The translations under genes were made by a program, and so were the position numbers. Shown piece after piece: positions 42,743 through 53,300 of a stretch of DNA of 64,000 nucleotides (position 1 is its first letter; each line of letters begins with the position of its first letter). This DNA is from Trypanosoma brucei (lineage: Eukaryota). The notes under the pieces were generated by a model, which saw only the letters and a program-made list of their open reading frames with translations, did no database searches and was not told the origin of the DNA. The stretch lies in assembly GCA_000002445.1 (NCBI GenBank), contig CM000207.1, positions 960,001 to 1,024,000 of the forward strand, read 5' to 3'.

Positions 42743-43657
42743 ATGGTAGGCTCCAGCTTTTCCTCACGGCACGAAAGGCGAGATATGTCCCCTTATAGTA
42801 CACGGGAAAATTTGGAGGCCGCACCGGTCCCACAACGGTGGTCGCTGCTGTTTGTACACAGACATATGTGGCGCACAAAGCGTAGGAAAGTGGAAGAAAA
42901 TAATGTGGGAGGCCTGCACTTGACACCATCCCTTGAGTTGGAGGAGATAACGGATGACGGTGATGTATGTTTACGGTGTTCGCAAGAGGAAGGGACCGAA
43001 AGGGACAATAGTAGCGAGAATGAACGGAGCTCTTCACCTGTGCCGGTACCACTCAATTCTGTTAACCCTCAGTTTCGACAAGCGGACGGAGCTGCACTGC
43101 CCGACGGTGACGTCGATACTTTGGGAATTTTACCGTCGCTGGCGCACCCAGTGGTGTTAGGGAAAGCCTTGGATGCTATTGAACTTGTGGCAAAGCATGT
43201 ACAACATCTACACTGCACGAAATGCCCGCTTTGCGGGCCGCCGAAGCCGCCAACTTGGTGGTCCACCCCGCGCGCAAGAAGGCGTCTGAGAAGGGAGGAT
43301 AACCAAGTTGGGATACGCAGCAGAGCTGACTGGGAAGCCGGGGAAACCTCACACAACAAAGAAAATATCTCTTCACCGTCATCTTTGATCGGAGCAGTAC
43401 CACAGCGCAGAACGGTAGCGGCGTCTAACACTTGCTGTAGTCACAAAGATGATGTGCGGCGCGCACACGTCCTTTCCAAAGCTGAAGAATTTCTTCAACA
43501 CATATATGACAGACGGAACCGGTTAATCGCGTCGCGGCCACTGATGTACGCTGTACCTGCCGAATCCCATGTGCTTTGGCGGGAGTGCTCCCAACTTGGT
43601 GGGGTTGCACTACTGGAGGCACTTCTTCTGGGGTTCACATCACAGGAAGTAACGTAA
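42743..43657 (+). CDS. Hypothetical protein, 304 aa
   Basis: ATG ORF in the transcribed strand. No motifs. Overlapping minus-strand ORFs are judged to be shadows. Confidence 0.4.
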   Translation: MVGSSFSSRHERRDMSPYSTRENLEAAPVPQRWSLLFVHRHMWRTKRRKVEENNVGGLHLTPSLELEEITDDGDVCLRCSQEEGTERDNSSENERSSSPVPVPLNSVNPQFRQADGAALPDGDVDTLGILPSLAHPVVLGKALDAIELVAKHVQHLHCTKCPLCGPPKPPTWWSTPRARRRLRREDNQVGIRSRADWEAGETSHNKENISSPSSLIGAVPQRRTVAASNTCCSHKDDVRRAHVLSKAEEFLQHIYDRRNRLIASRPLMYAVPAESHVLWRECSQLGGVALLEALLLGFTSQEVT

Positions 43658-44068
43658 TACATATATACGTCGAGGGCAGCATGCCTTGTGAAACTCATGA
43701 CTGGTGCCATATTCCTGCATCTCTCTTTCTGCCACTTTCATAACTGATGGCACTATGAGCATCGTCTTTTTTCATCACATTCAGCTTCTGTGCTGCCTTT
43801 TAGTGTGTCCACTCAATTTTTTTGAATTCATTTTGCGCTGTTCTGGGCCTTTACGGATAGTAAGTTAAATTCAGTGACTAAGGTAAACCCTACAGGGAGC
43901 TTGTTTATCATTTATTTATCTTACTACACCAGTTTATACAGGCTCATACACACTTTCTCTCCACCTTCCTTATTTCTTTGTTAATTTCCCCACCGAGCTA
44001 TATACTCCGCAGCATAAAGTGTCAGGTTCAAATAGCTGCCAGTTTTTGGCGTCTGTGGAAAGCGAACG

Positions 44069-46990
44069 ATGAAGTCATCTGATCATGACGAAGAGGGCTT
44101 AGTCGATTTATTTGCCGCGGGTGACGAAGTAGAACCCGAATACACAATTGAACAAATGATTATCGATCGCCAGGAGTTGAGTCGTGAAGGGGAGACAGCT
44201 TGTGGCTTCACTCCGCTTTTCGACCGCTTTGACAATCCGACAAAGCGTGAGGAAGGTGTGGAGACGTCCCCCAAGTTGCCTTTGCGGCCGATGCAAGTGT
44301 ACTTCCGCAATAAGCGACACAGCCTTTGGGGTCATAAACTATGGAACGCGGCACGTTATTTTGTAAAGCGGATAGACAGCGGTATGATCGATGTGCGCGG
44401 GAAAACTGTGTTGGAACTGGGGGCGGGACTTGGTGTACCATCTCTCGCAGCATTCCGCAACGGCGCACGGTGCGTTGTAGTGACGGACTATCCGGACGAG
44501 TCGCTGATGGAGATATTGAGAATGAATACAGAAACGAATTGTACGCTGGACCAATTGGACCCAACTGCCGCAGAGTTTCTTAGGCAGGAAGCGGTTCGGT
44601 TGAAATCTGCGTATATGTCTGTTCACAAAGGGCAGGAAACAGGGAAGGGTGATGATCGGGAAGGAAAAGGTGTTCCATTGAATTCGCGGTGTGTCGTTCA
44701 GCCTCTACTGTGGGGTAACACTGATCATATTCGTGAAGCCCTCAAGCACACCAGTGGCACGGGCTTTGACGTGCTATTACTCTCCGACATTCTCTTTAAC
44801 CATGTTTGTAACGATGACCTCGCGGGTACTGTTGTTCAGTTACTTCAACGTAGTCCAAAAGCGGCGGCGTACTGTGCCTTCTCCCACCACCGCGCGCACA
44901 AACAGGTGGAAGACTTGATGTTCTTTGATATATGTGCATCACGCGGCCTTTTGTGCGAGCAGATTGATGAGGAGGATTACCCTCTCATGTTCCCCGACGA
45001 CCGTGGCCCGGAGGAGATACGGCGGCCGGTGAAGGTGTATAAGTTGTCACATCGGTTTGATGCGGCAGGTGTGCCGCTGGAGCCGGGGCAGGAAACGTAT
45101 GATGTGGTAGTGCAGGGCACGGGCATGGTGGAGTGCTTTCTTGCCGCTGCACTTGCACGCAGTGGGGTGCGTGTGTTACAATGCGATGCCCAAGGTGAAT
45201 ATGGCGGACCGTTCAAAACACTGACGGTTCAACAGTTGCGAAAATATATTCTACAATCGCCCAACGACTCAGGTGATGAATCAAGCCCATCTGATGTCTA
45301 CGCAGGTGGGAGCCAGCAGGTTAGTAGCAGGGGAAGTGATAAAGATCCGAGTGGTGTTGGGAACAATAACGGCAATGGGGACGAAAACACCTCGATCATA
45401 TCGGTGGATTTGATGGATACACTCGATGTCCGAACGCAGCATCGCTTTCTGCTTGACCTCCTCCCTGTACACTACTTCTCTAAGGGTGATACCGTTCGAA
45501 AGTTTGTGGAGTCGGACATGGCGCGGCATGCTGAATTTCAATGTTGCAGTAGTTTTGCCTTTTTGTTTCGGTGTGGTGAGACTGACGAAAGCTGTGCATT
45601 CCGACTGCAAAGCGTTCCGCTGACGCGGGCACAAGTATTCTCTGCTGATCATATTGGGCTGATGCAAAAGCGTCGTTTAATGAAATTTGTGAAGGATGTG
45701 GCTGCCCCACTCGCCGAACACCTGCATGCCCGGACAGCTGCTCTGGGTGAGGAAGAGCCCGGGCACACCGACGTGCAAGAGGTAGGAGAGCTTTTCCAGC
45801 AAGAGGTTTCCCAACATCCCAACGAAACACTTAGCGAGTTGCTGCGCCGGAAGTACGCTGTTGATGAGACGACATTAAATATTGTGACGCTTCTGGGGCA
45901 GTTGGAGACCTCATCTGAACCCTGTATGCTGCGCGCTGTAGACCTGGTGCGCCAAGTATTAACATCTATTGGGGCTTACGGGGGTTCAACACCTTTTCTT
46001 GTGCCTTTGTATGGCGCCTCAGAGGTACCACAAAACATGTGTCGTATCGCGGCCGTGTGGAATGCTGTGTTCGTGTTACGTCGGAGTGTAAGCCGTGTCT
46101 TGAAGGGTCTTGATACACCGACGGTGGAAATGAGCAACCGACAACATGTGAAGGCTAAAGTTGTGGTCGTACCCCGTGCGTTGGCCTCCAAGTTCGCTTC
46201 GGTGTCTGGCGCAAATGATGCTAATGATGAGAATATAACACGTTTCTCTCGGGTTGTCATCGTAGCTAAGAAACCGCTGGTGACGTGGAAAGCGCTATCT
46301 TCCTCCGGGTGCTGTGAAGAAGAGGTAACCACAGCAACTGAAAGTTTGGAGGGAACGGCCAAGACATCTAGCGTAGAGGGGATCCCGCCGTTGGTGTTCG
46401 CGCTGTGCCAGGCTCAACCCGGTGTGGTCGTCCATGTTCAACAGCAAAGCGCATCGTCCGAACAGGCGCCCAAAGAAGGCAATGCCGTTGTCGTGCATTT
46501 CACTGTAAACAACTGCCAAATGAGCGCCAAGCAACTGCACAGATTCGTCGAGGAGTCCTTCATAGCATCTGCTGCTTCAGCTGGTGAAGACTGTGTTGTG
46601 CTGGATAAAGATGCAATACTCTTTTTCGCTTCCTTCGTACTGGATGAACGAGAGGAAGCACTCCGTGGGGTTGCCCATGGCGCCTGGGATTTCCTGGCTA
46701 GTGAAACGGAGAAAGCCCATCCCTTTGCTGTGGAGGAGTATCGCAAACGCCAGAAAAAAAGCAAATGCGATTTAGTCGAATTCGATGATGACGGCGTGCT
46801 AATTGTTCCAGTGCCCACGCTCCTACAGAATCTTATGGACGATGGAGCCTACCTGAAGGAAGCGCAGCAGGCGTATGAGACCGTGGTGGCACGACTTCAG
46901 ATGCAGATGAAGGAGGAGGAGGGGGGTGACAAAACCAAACAATACGTGTTTCTCGAGCCCCTACCACCCGTTTCCTCAGTAAGTTCCTGA
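44069..46990 (+). CDS. Two-domain protein of 973 aa: N-terminal Methyltransf_16-type SAM-dependent (putative protein-lysine) methyltransferase domain fused to a C-terminal Rab GDI / Rab escort protein (REP) family domain
   Basis: N-terminal part: 'GHKLWNAARYFV...GKTVLELGAGLGVPSLAAFRNGARCVVVTDYPD...LLWGN...FDVLLLSDILF' (typical METTL21/Nnt1 layout). C-terminal part: 'YDVVVQGTGMVECFLAAALARSGVRVLQCDAQGEYGG' (GDI dinucleotide-fold motif) and 'GGSTPFLVPLYGASEVPQNMCRIAAVWNAVFVL' (cf. GDI '[31 protein letters not shown]'). One uninterrupted ORF. Confidence 0.8.
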   Translation: MKSSDHDEEGLVDLFAAGDEVEPEYTIEQMIIDRQELSREGETACGFTPLFDRFDNPTKREEGVETSPKLPLRPMQVYFRNKRHSLWGHKLWNAARYFVKRIDSGMIDVRGKTVLELGAGLGVPSLAAFRNGARCVVVTDYPDESLMEILRMNTETNCTLDQLDPTAAEFLRQEAVRLKSAYMSVHKGQETGKGDDREGKGVPLNSRCVVQPLLWGNTDHIREALKHTSGTGFDVLLLSDILFNHVCNDDLAGTVVQLLQRSPKAAAYCAFSHHRAHKQVEDLMFFDICASRGLLCEQIDEEDYPLMFPDDRGPEEIRRPVKVYKLSHRFDAAGVPLEPGQETYDVVVQGTGMVECFLAAALARSGVRVLQCDAQGEYGGPFKTLTVQQLRKYILQSPNDSGDESSPSDVYAGGSQQVSSRGSDKDPSGVGNNNGNGDENTSIISVDLMDTLDVRTQHRFLLDLLPVHYFSKGDTVRKFVESDMARHAEFQCCSSFAFLFRCGETDESCAFRLQSVPLTRAQVFSADHIGLMQKRRLMKFVKDVAAPLAEHLHARTAALGEEEPGHTDVQEVGELFQQEVSQHPNETLSELLRRKYAVDETTLNIVTLLGQLETSSEPCMLRAVDLVRQVLTSIGAYGGSTPFLVPLYGASEVPQNMCRIAAVWNAVFVLRRSVSRVLKGLDTPTVEMSNRQHVKAKVVVVPRALASKFASVSGANDANDENITRFSRVVIVAKKPLVTWKALSSSGCCEEEVTTATESLEGTAKTSSVEGIPPLVFALCQAQPGVVVHVQQQSASSEQAPKEGNAVVVHFTVNNCQMSAKQLHRFVEESFIASAASAGEDCVVLDKDAILFFASFVLDEREEALRGVAHGAWDFLASETEKAHPFAVEEYRKRQKKSKCDLVEFDDDGVLIVPVPTLLQNLMDDGAYLKEAQQAYETVVARLQMQMKEEEGGDKTKQYVFLEPLPPVSSVSS

Positions 46991-47337
46991 TAAGTGGTAT
47001 GACAGAAACCGGAGCAAAATCACTATTCAAGAAAAGGAAAAAAGGGGCGCCGTCTCTCCATCGGGAGTGTAATCAAGGGGAATGTCACGGCGCGCAATGG
47101 TCACAGTGGTGAAGTGACCATACAACACTTGAGCAAGTGGTTGCCTTTGGAGGGCAACAAAGGCAAATAACAACGTCTTACCAAATAATACATACATGTC
47201 TAACGTTAACTGTGCTCTGCTCCGCTGGAAACGGCGGATCTGCCCTTTGCTATCGGTGTTATTTTCCTTCCTGCGATATGTGTCTGCGCGCGTGCACACA
47301 AGAACGTAATCTCTGCCGTATTCCCTGTGCTTCATGG

Positions 47338-47724
47338 ATGCTTTACCTCCTGTTTCTTCTCACATTTATGTGTCCATTACCCATCTGCAATCAAGCAACC
47401 AATTTGACTGAGGAATTAAATTTGCTACACTGTAGCGATTGGTTTGTGTACGCGTATGCGCTTAGGGATATGTTATACGACCGCAGCATAGCGAGGGTTT
47501 TCCTCGTTTTGACAACGCTTTTGTATGTTTACTACGTTGTGTGGATCGGTGTTACACCCTTTATTGTGTCGTCCCACTTCACGCAAAATTTTTTTCCTCC
47601 CCGTGAGTATGGCATATTCGTTGCTGCTGCTGTGATGACGCTTATGCTGGGCGTCACTGTCACGTTGGCGTCTGTACGAACCATATTGTGGGCCGGGGCG
47701 GTGGGTCCGGAGGAAAGCGGGTGA
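47338..47724 (+). CDS. Possible small 3-TM membrane protein (about 128 aa); weak call
   Basis: The track ORF 47137.. starts at a GTG. From the in-frame ATG at 47338 (the second ATG; the first is 47278) it encodes three hydrophobic helices (MLYLLFLLTFM..., IARVFLVLTTLLYVYYVVWIGV, IFVAAAVMTLMLGVTVTLASV). No homology recognised. Confidence 0.25.
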   Translation: MLYLLFLLTFMCPLPICNQATNLTEELNLLHCSDWFVYAYALRDMLYDRSIARVFLVLTTLLYVYYVVWIGVTPFIVSSHFTQNFFPPREYGIFVAAAVMTLMLGVTVTLASVRTILWAGAVGPEESG

Positions 47725-48340
47725 AATGAGGTTTGATTGAAAGGGTTGTTTGCTTTGTGTGGTGGTACGCATGCACCTATTTGAACTAATAGCGGGGTAA
47801 ATAGGTGGGTGTACTTCTGTTGCCTGAACTCCCAGTGCCGTTTTACTACACGGTCTTTATTGTTGCTATTATTGCTATTGTTCACTTCCGCGCACTGCAT
47901 GTTGTTGCTTCATGAGGGGGGGGGTGGCATTTGGTAGTGCAGCGTGGTTTGCTGGAGTTGTGGTGACACGATTATATTTGCACGGTTTCTGGTACTGCTT
48001 TATCTGTTAGGTCTTTCCTTTCTTTGCATTATCTTATTTTCGTGTACCCTGCTGCTGTTTGTTGGGTTTTACTTCCTAACCAAATGGGCTGTTTCTTGAA
48101 ACTTTGTCTGTGCACTTCTCCCGCACGCACTGCTCTGATCTGACTGTAAAATTCTGCTCCGACGTGTGGTTCCCAGGACCGTGAAATAAACCAGATTACA
48201 TACGCATATACCTAACGGTGATTGTACGCCATTTGGCACAGCAGACAAGTAACGCTTTTAAAAGGTGCAGCGGGGTGGTAGGTATTTTAACAAAGAAGAA
48301 ACGAGAACACGGCATCAAACATACTTGTGTCACCTGCTTA

Positions 48341-49702
48341 ATGGTGTCCCGGGTATTCAGTGCGTATGCGGAGTGGGTCCGTAGGAACGCCGACAATGTG
48401 GCCTCCATGGAGCGGTTTACGCACATGCTCACGATTATCCTTATGAGCCCTAACAACATGTTAAAACACGAGATAGGGAACACCATCGTTAACATACAGA
48501 ACTTCTCTAACCACGCTATCATTTCTTCTGCTGGAAGAAAACTAAGTGTTGCGGAGCAGATATCTATTGTAGGACAAATTATTCGGAAAGCGGAATGCCT
48601 ACTTGAGTTACTACTACGCCGTTACCGAGGACATAGGACAGCATGGAACTTCTTGTTGATTCTGCAGCTCCTGAAGTGCTTCCTAAACCTGGTTGCGCAC
48701 CAACAAATGTGTCTTCTGCCTTCCATATGGCAAGCTTTGCGACGCCAGCTCCGGCGCCTTATCACGTTTCCAAAAAAACTACTCGGGCCATCAGGTGTAT
48801 CGAGTGGTAACTCTGGTGCCGCCTTATCCAATTTACCCCAGAGCAGTCAAGCAGCGGAACGGACTACACCACTCGTTATTCCACGTGTGGTTGCCACCCG
48901 TATGTTCAGGGACCGGAGTTCCGAAGCTGTGGGTGACGATGCCGATTTCTCTCAAGCTGGAAAGGGCAGTAACAGCGGCGGGGGTAATCCCGATGTGTTG
49001 CCATGCACGGCGTATGATGTGCTGGGTGCTGTTGTGGATTTTTTGTTGTTGTTGCGCCCACTCTTTTTGTTGTACTGCGCCCGGTCTGCGTTCCCGACTA
49101 CAGCTATGGATGCTTGCTCCCAAATAGCCTCAGAGGTAGAAGACACAACCCTCGATGATGGCCCACGGGATAGCAATGTTACCGACAAAAAGTCCGATTA
49201 CGGCAGCTTCTTTTCTGTGAAGTCGTTGATAGCAGATGGTCTCAAGGAATCGCTTCTAGGAAATTGGAGTATCTGGACCCTTTTCTTAGGTCTAGATGTG
49301 ATTTTTGCAGCCTTGGCTCGTTACATTTTCCATTACCGTAAGCCCATTGTGTGCATCAACAGGGATGCTAGAAACTACAGCGGCGTCGGCAGTAATGGTG
49401 GTAGGCAAATTGCACATGACGGCGAAGTGCCATCTCCGGAGTTGAGTGGCGTCAATTCAGCGGCAGAGCCCGACACCGTCGTCTCCCGTGACAGCCTCCG
49501 CGTGCAACAAACGATGCATAATTTAGTTTGCTGTTTCCTTCGTGATCCTTTCTTCGGTTCTGTGCTGCGGAGGTTCATTTACGACAACTTCATTGTCGGA
49601 CGAATTAACGGTATACCACTGGTGGGATCACTCCTCGCGCTGCATGTTGCCTCTTTCCTCTGCAGGCAACACTACTCGTTCATGTACTCTATCGGAGAGT
49701 GA
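48341..49702 (+). CDS. Hypothetical protein, about 453 aa
   Basis: The track start 48218 is a GTG; the first ATG is 48341. Long ORF with no recognisable domain. Confidence 0.5.
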   Translation: MVSRVFSAYAEWVRRNADNVASMERFTHMLTIILMSPNNMLKHEIGNTIVNIQNFSNHAIISSAGRKLSVAEQISIVGQIIRKAECLLELLLRRYRGHRTAWNFLLILQLLKCFLNLVAHQQMCLLPSIWQALRRQLRRLITFPKKLLGPSGVSSGNSGAALSNLPQSSQAAERTTPLVIPRVVATRMFRDRSSEAVGDDADFSQAGKGSNSGGGNPDVLPCTAYDVLGAVVDFLLLLRPLFLLYCARSAFPTTAMDACSQIASEVEDTTLDDGPRDSNVTDKKSDYGSFFSVKSLIADGLKESLLGNWSIWTLFLGLDVIFAALARYIFHYRKPIVCINRDARNYSGVGSNGGRQIAHDGEVPSPELSGVNSAAEPDTVVSRDSLRVQQTMHNLVCCFLRDPFFGSVLRRFIYDNFIVGRINGIPLVGSLLALHVASFLCRQHYSFMYSIGE

Positions 49703-50358
49703 ATGCAAGGACGATCATGTGGAGGTTGGAAGGAGTCGCTACCTTGTATGCATACACAAATTTTAAACGAACAAAAGTAAATGAATGCATCTCTTTTTGG
49801 TGCTGAGTTGGGTGAAGAAGCAATATGAAAAGATGATGTGACGGGGAAAGCTACCGGCAGCTCCGATAAGTGAGTGGGGTGCTGTTCTAAGCAATGAGAA
49901 AGAAATGTAAGGAACAACTCGTGGCTATTCCCCCCCCCAGGACGTGGAGAATTCGAAATCCCTCTGTTTCATTCTATTTAAAATGCTAAACAGAAAGAGG
50001 GTAGTAACTGCTTACACGCGTGGAGTTCTGCCTAACTACTGGGCATAGGCGCTGCAGTAACTATCCGTTCGCGGTTCACATTCACGCTCACGTATGTCTA
50101 AAATTGGTGGCGGTATTTACAATCCTGCAACTTCTTTCTTTTCGTCCCCCTTTTGCATTTTTTGTGCAACTTTACGAATTTCACAACGGAAAGCAAAGAA
50201 TATATACATATATACGAGAGCGCGAGAAGGCCGCGCAAACTTTGGGGGGAGAGAAGTAAACGGGTGCTATTAAGAGGGCATTGTTGGGGTCTCCGTGTTC
50301 TACACGTCCTTACTCCAGGTGAAGTGAGTGACGGGAAAGAAGAAAGGGGAAGGAAAAC

Positions 50359-53300
50359 ATGATCGCTGCGGGCAATGAAAGCGCAATGCCAGAAACTGCG
50401 GAGGAACGCGTGGTGGAAGCAGTGCGTGCATTTCACAGTGATTTGTGCAGCGGGTTAACGGCTCGGGCAATTCACGAGTCTTCGAGCAACGCCACGGTTG
50501 CACTGCAACAGCTCACCGAGCTGCATAGCCGCACAGTGGAAGACTTGAACGACCAGATTGACAGACTCCAGAAGCAACTATTTGAAGCAGTTGAAGTTAT
50601 TGAAAAACTTGGAGCCCAATTCGCTAGAAACGAGGACGAAAAGTCGACAGATGACCAACGTTCTTTTACTGTTGATGTTTTAAGCATCTCCCATGGACTG
50701 GAAACCGAAGTGGAGGTAGGTCAGCAAAATACTGAACACGCGTGCGAACGGGGTAGGGAATACCGACCGTCCAGAGAAGAGTTGTCGTCGGACGCATTCG
50801 CCACTGCTAAAAGTGGTAGCAGCCTCAGGGACACTGGTGTAATGGATGACGAAACAGCGGATCCCTCTCTTCTTAGAGACTTGTGGCGTGGACGCAGGAC
50901 ACTGCAGCAACAACAACAGCAGACTTGGCTTGTGGACCAGATCAAGGACCTGACATCACTTCTGGAGAAGGTGGTGAAGGAAAACGCTGTGTACAGACGG
51001 GAGTTAAAGCTACTCCATGCCACGTCGGTCCCTCTCGAGGAACACAAGAAGTTGCTTGAAGAGCGAGACAGGCTTCTCCACGACTGCAGTAGTATGAGGA
51101 TTGAACTTCAGCGTCTACATGAAGAGGTAGAGGCAACGTTTGACTCCGCGCATGGAGCACACCGGCGGCAACGAGATTTTGTAAGCAGTTGTGCAACTGC
51201 GAGTAGTCTTTCTGAATACAAGGGGGAGGGTTCATTCCCGCTACAAATGCGAGAGCCAGAAGGGCTGGTGCATTCACTGACTACACCGCTCGAAGGAGGG
51301 GAGAGTAATGACCCAGATGCCCAATTCGCTGGCGGTTGCCACTCCGGGTTCGATGATGGTGCTCTTCTTCACACTGGACTCTGGAAAACGGCCATGCGGG
51401 AGCTTGAGCAGCAGGCGGCACTCGCAGCTTCTCAGCTCTCAGCCGCTGGCCGGCTGCGCGAGTTAGACGATCGTGTCGCAGAGCTGACGAGGGAACTGGA
51501 TGAACTACGCGCCTCGTACAAGGAACTCGCGGCAGAGGATAAGTGTGTTCGTGAAGATTGTGAGCAACTAACGTTCCGTAATGCTGTTCTGTCGCAGCAA
51601 GTAGCGTCACTACTTGTGCGGGTGGAGCGGCAATGCCGCAGCATACATCGGCTGTCGCGGCAACACGATGAACAGAAAGAGGAAATAGAAACGCTGTCCG
51701 AATCGGAAGAACTTACCGATCGCGGAAGGGATGTGGGAAAAGTTCGGCACCGTGCGGACCGGGGTCGCACTGCCGCAGCTGCGCGAGCACTGCTCGAGCG
51801 GCGGAGCGCCGTGATGGGCCAGTCGCCGCTCCCCTCAACCCCCACAGCGGGGAGAGGAACGGGTTGTGGTGTTAGTCATGTTCTTGATGTAATGTTGCCT
51901 CAACTAGAGCCTCTGCAAGTTGAGGGTGGGCTTCGCTCAGCTGTTGGTGTGTTTGCCCGGGGACCTCGCCGGTCGGTGCACCTTCGGAACCTCGGTTCAC
52001 CTCCGGTCACCCTTGAGAACACGCAACCCCCAAGGCTCCCACCATGCGAGGAACTAAGCGGTGTAGCCCTTGGACGGCCCTCCGGATACGCAACTGTTTA
52101 TCCTTCCCAACTGAAGGGCCAGACAGGTCCCAGCAGTGTGAACAGCAAGGGCTCTTTTTATTCAGAGACTTCAGCAGCATCCGGACTAGTCGTTAGCGAG
52201 GACGAGGAAGAGAACAAGCGATTTGTTGAACTTTTGCGTGAGGACGAGAATCTGGAACGGTTCTCCATCAATTCTGTGAAGGACTTACTAAAGCGCAACC
52301 AGGAACTGTTGAAGCAACTGTATATAATGACACAGCGCGCAGATAGCGTCCCCAAGCAGAATTCAAGTGAGGTTGCGGCCGAGGAAGGAGAAAAGAGCCG
52401 CAGCACCTCAGATACAGAAGCAGCAGTGCCACTGCAAAGAAGTAACCGCAAGCGGCGGAGAGAAAGCACATCATTTTCTGGCGAGGAAGTTAGGGAGCAG
52501 AGTGGGAAGCTGCAGAGGTCATGTGAAGAAGTGGGATCTCCGGACCAAGCGGTAAGCGACTCGTATGTGCAGTTGGAGCGACACGTCCACGAGCATATTG
52601 ATGCAGTGCTAAGAAGCCATGAGGCGCAGTTAACCCTCACGGACAAGGGGCTGGCGTCATCGCTCATTCACGTAATCGAGCTAGGTCGGGAGTTCAATAC
52701 AAGTGCTGGAAACAAGCACTTTGAAAACTGGGTGGATGTCACTGCTAAGGATAACATCATTACCTCTCTCGTTAGGCTATGTTTGCAACAGGGAATCCGT
52801 GCTGCAGATCAGGCTATTGCACTTGCTGCGGCGCAGCAATCGATCGATATACCCTCAATGAAGGATTGTTGGTGCGAGGCCCAGCGTGTACTGAAACAAT
52901 CCGCCAGGGAACTTCAATCCGCCGCCTCCCAACTTCAGCGGGACAACCCTGCAATAACGGTGGTGGAGGGAATAAGCAGTGCGTCTGTAAGTGCATCTGA
53001 AAAAGAAGCGGATGAGGCGCAGCTGTTGCAGAGCATCACACAACTTCTGCGAACAGCTTCTCTGAGAGAACATACTGTTCAGCGTGTACTAAGATTGGCA
53101 GCGCGGCGTATGCGTGCAACACGGCGAGCCTGCGACGTTTCTAAATCCGCGCCGTTGCAGCCGTGCGAAGACACACAGGAACAATGTGACCAGCCGGCCA
53201 GGGACAAAACCAATGAGACGCATGATGTCCCGTTCGGTGATACTGACGATGACTGGGACAGCGACAGTGACGGTGACGATGGGCCTCGCCAGCTTCGATT

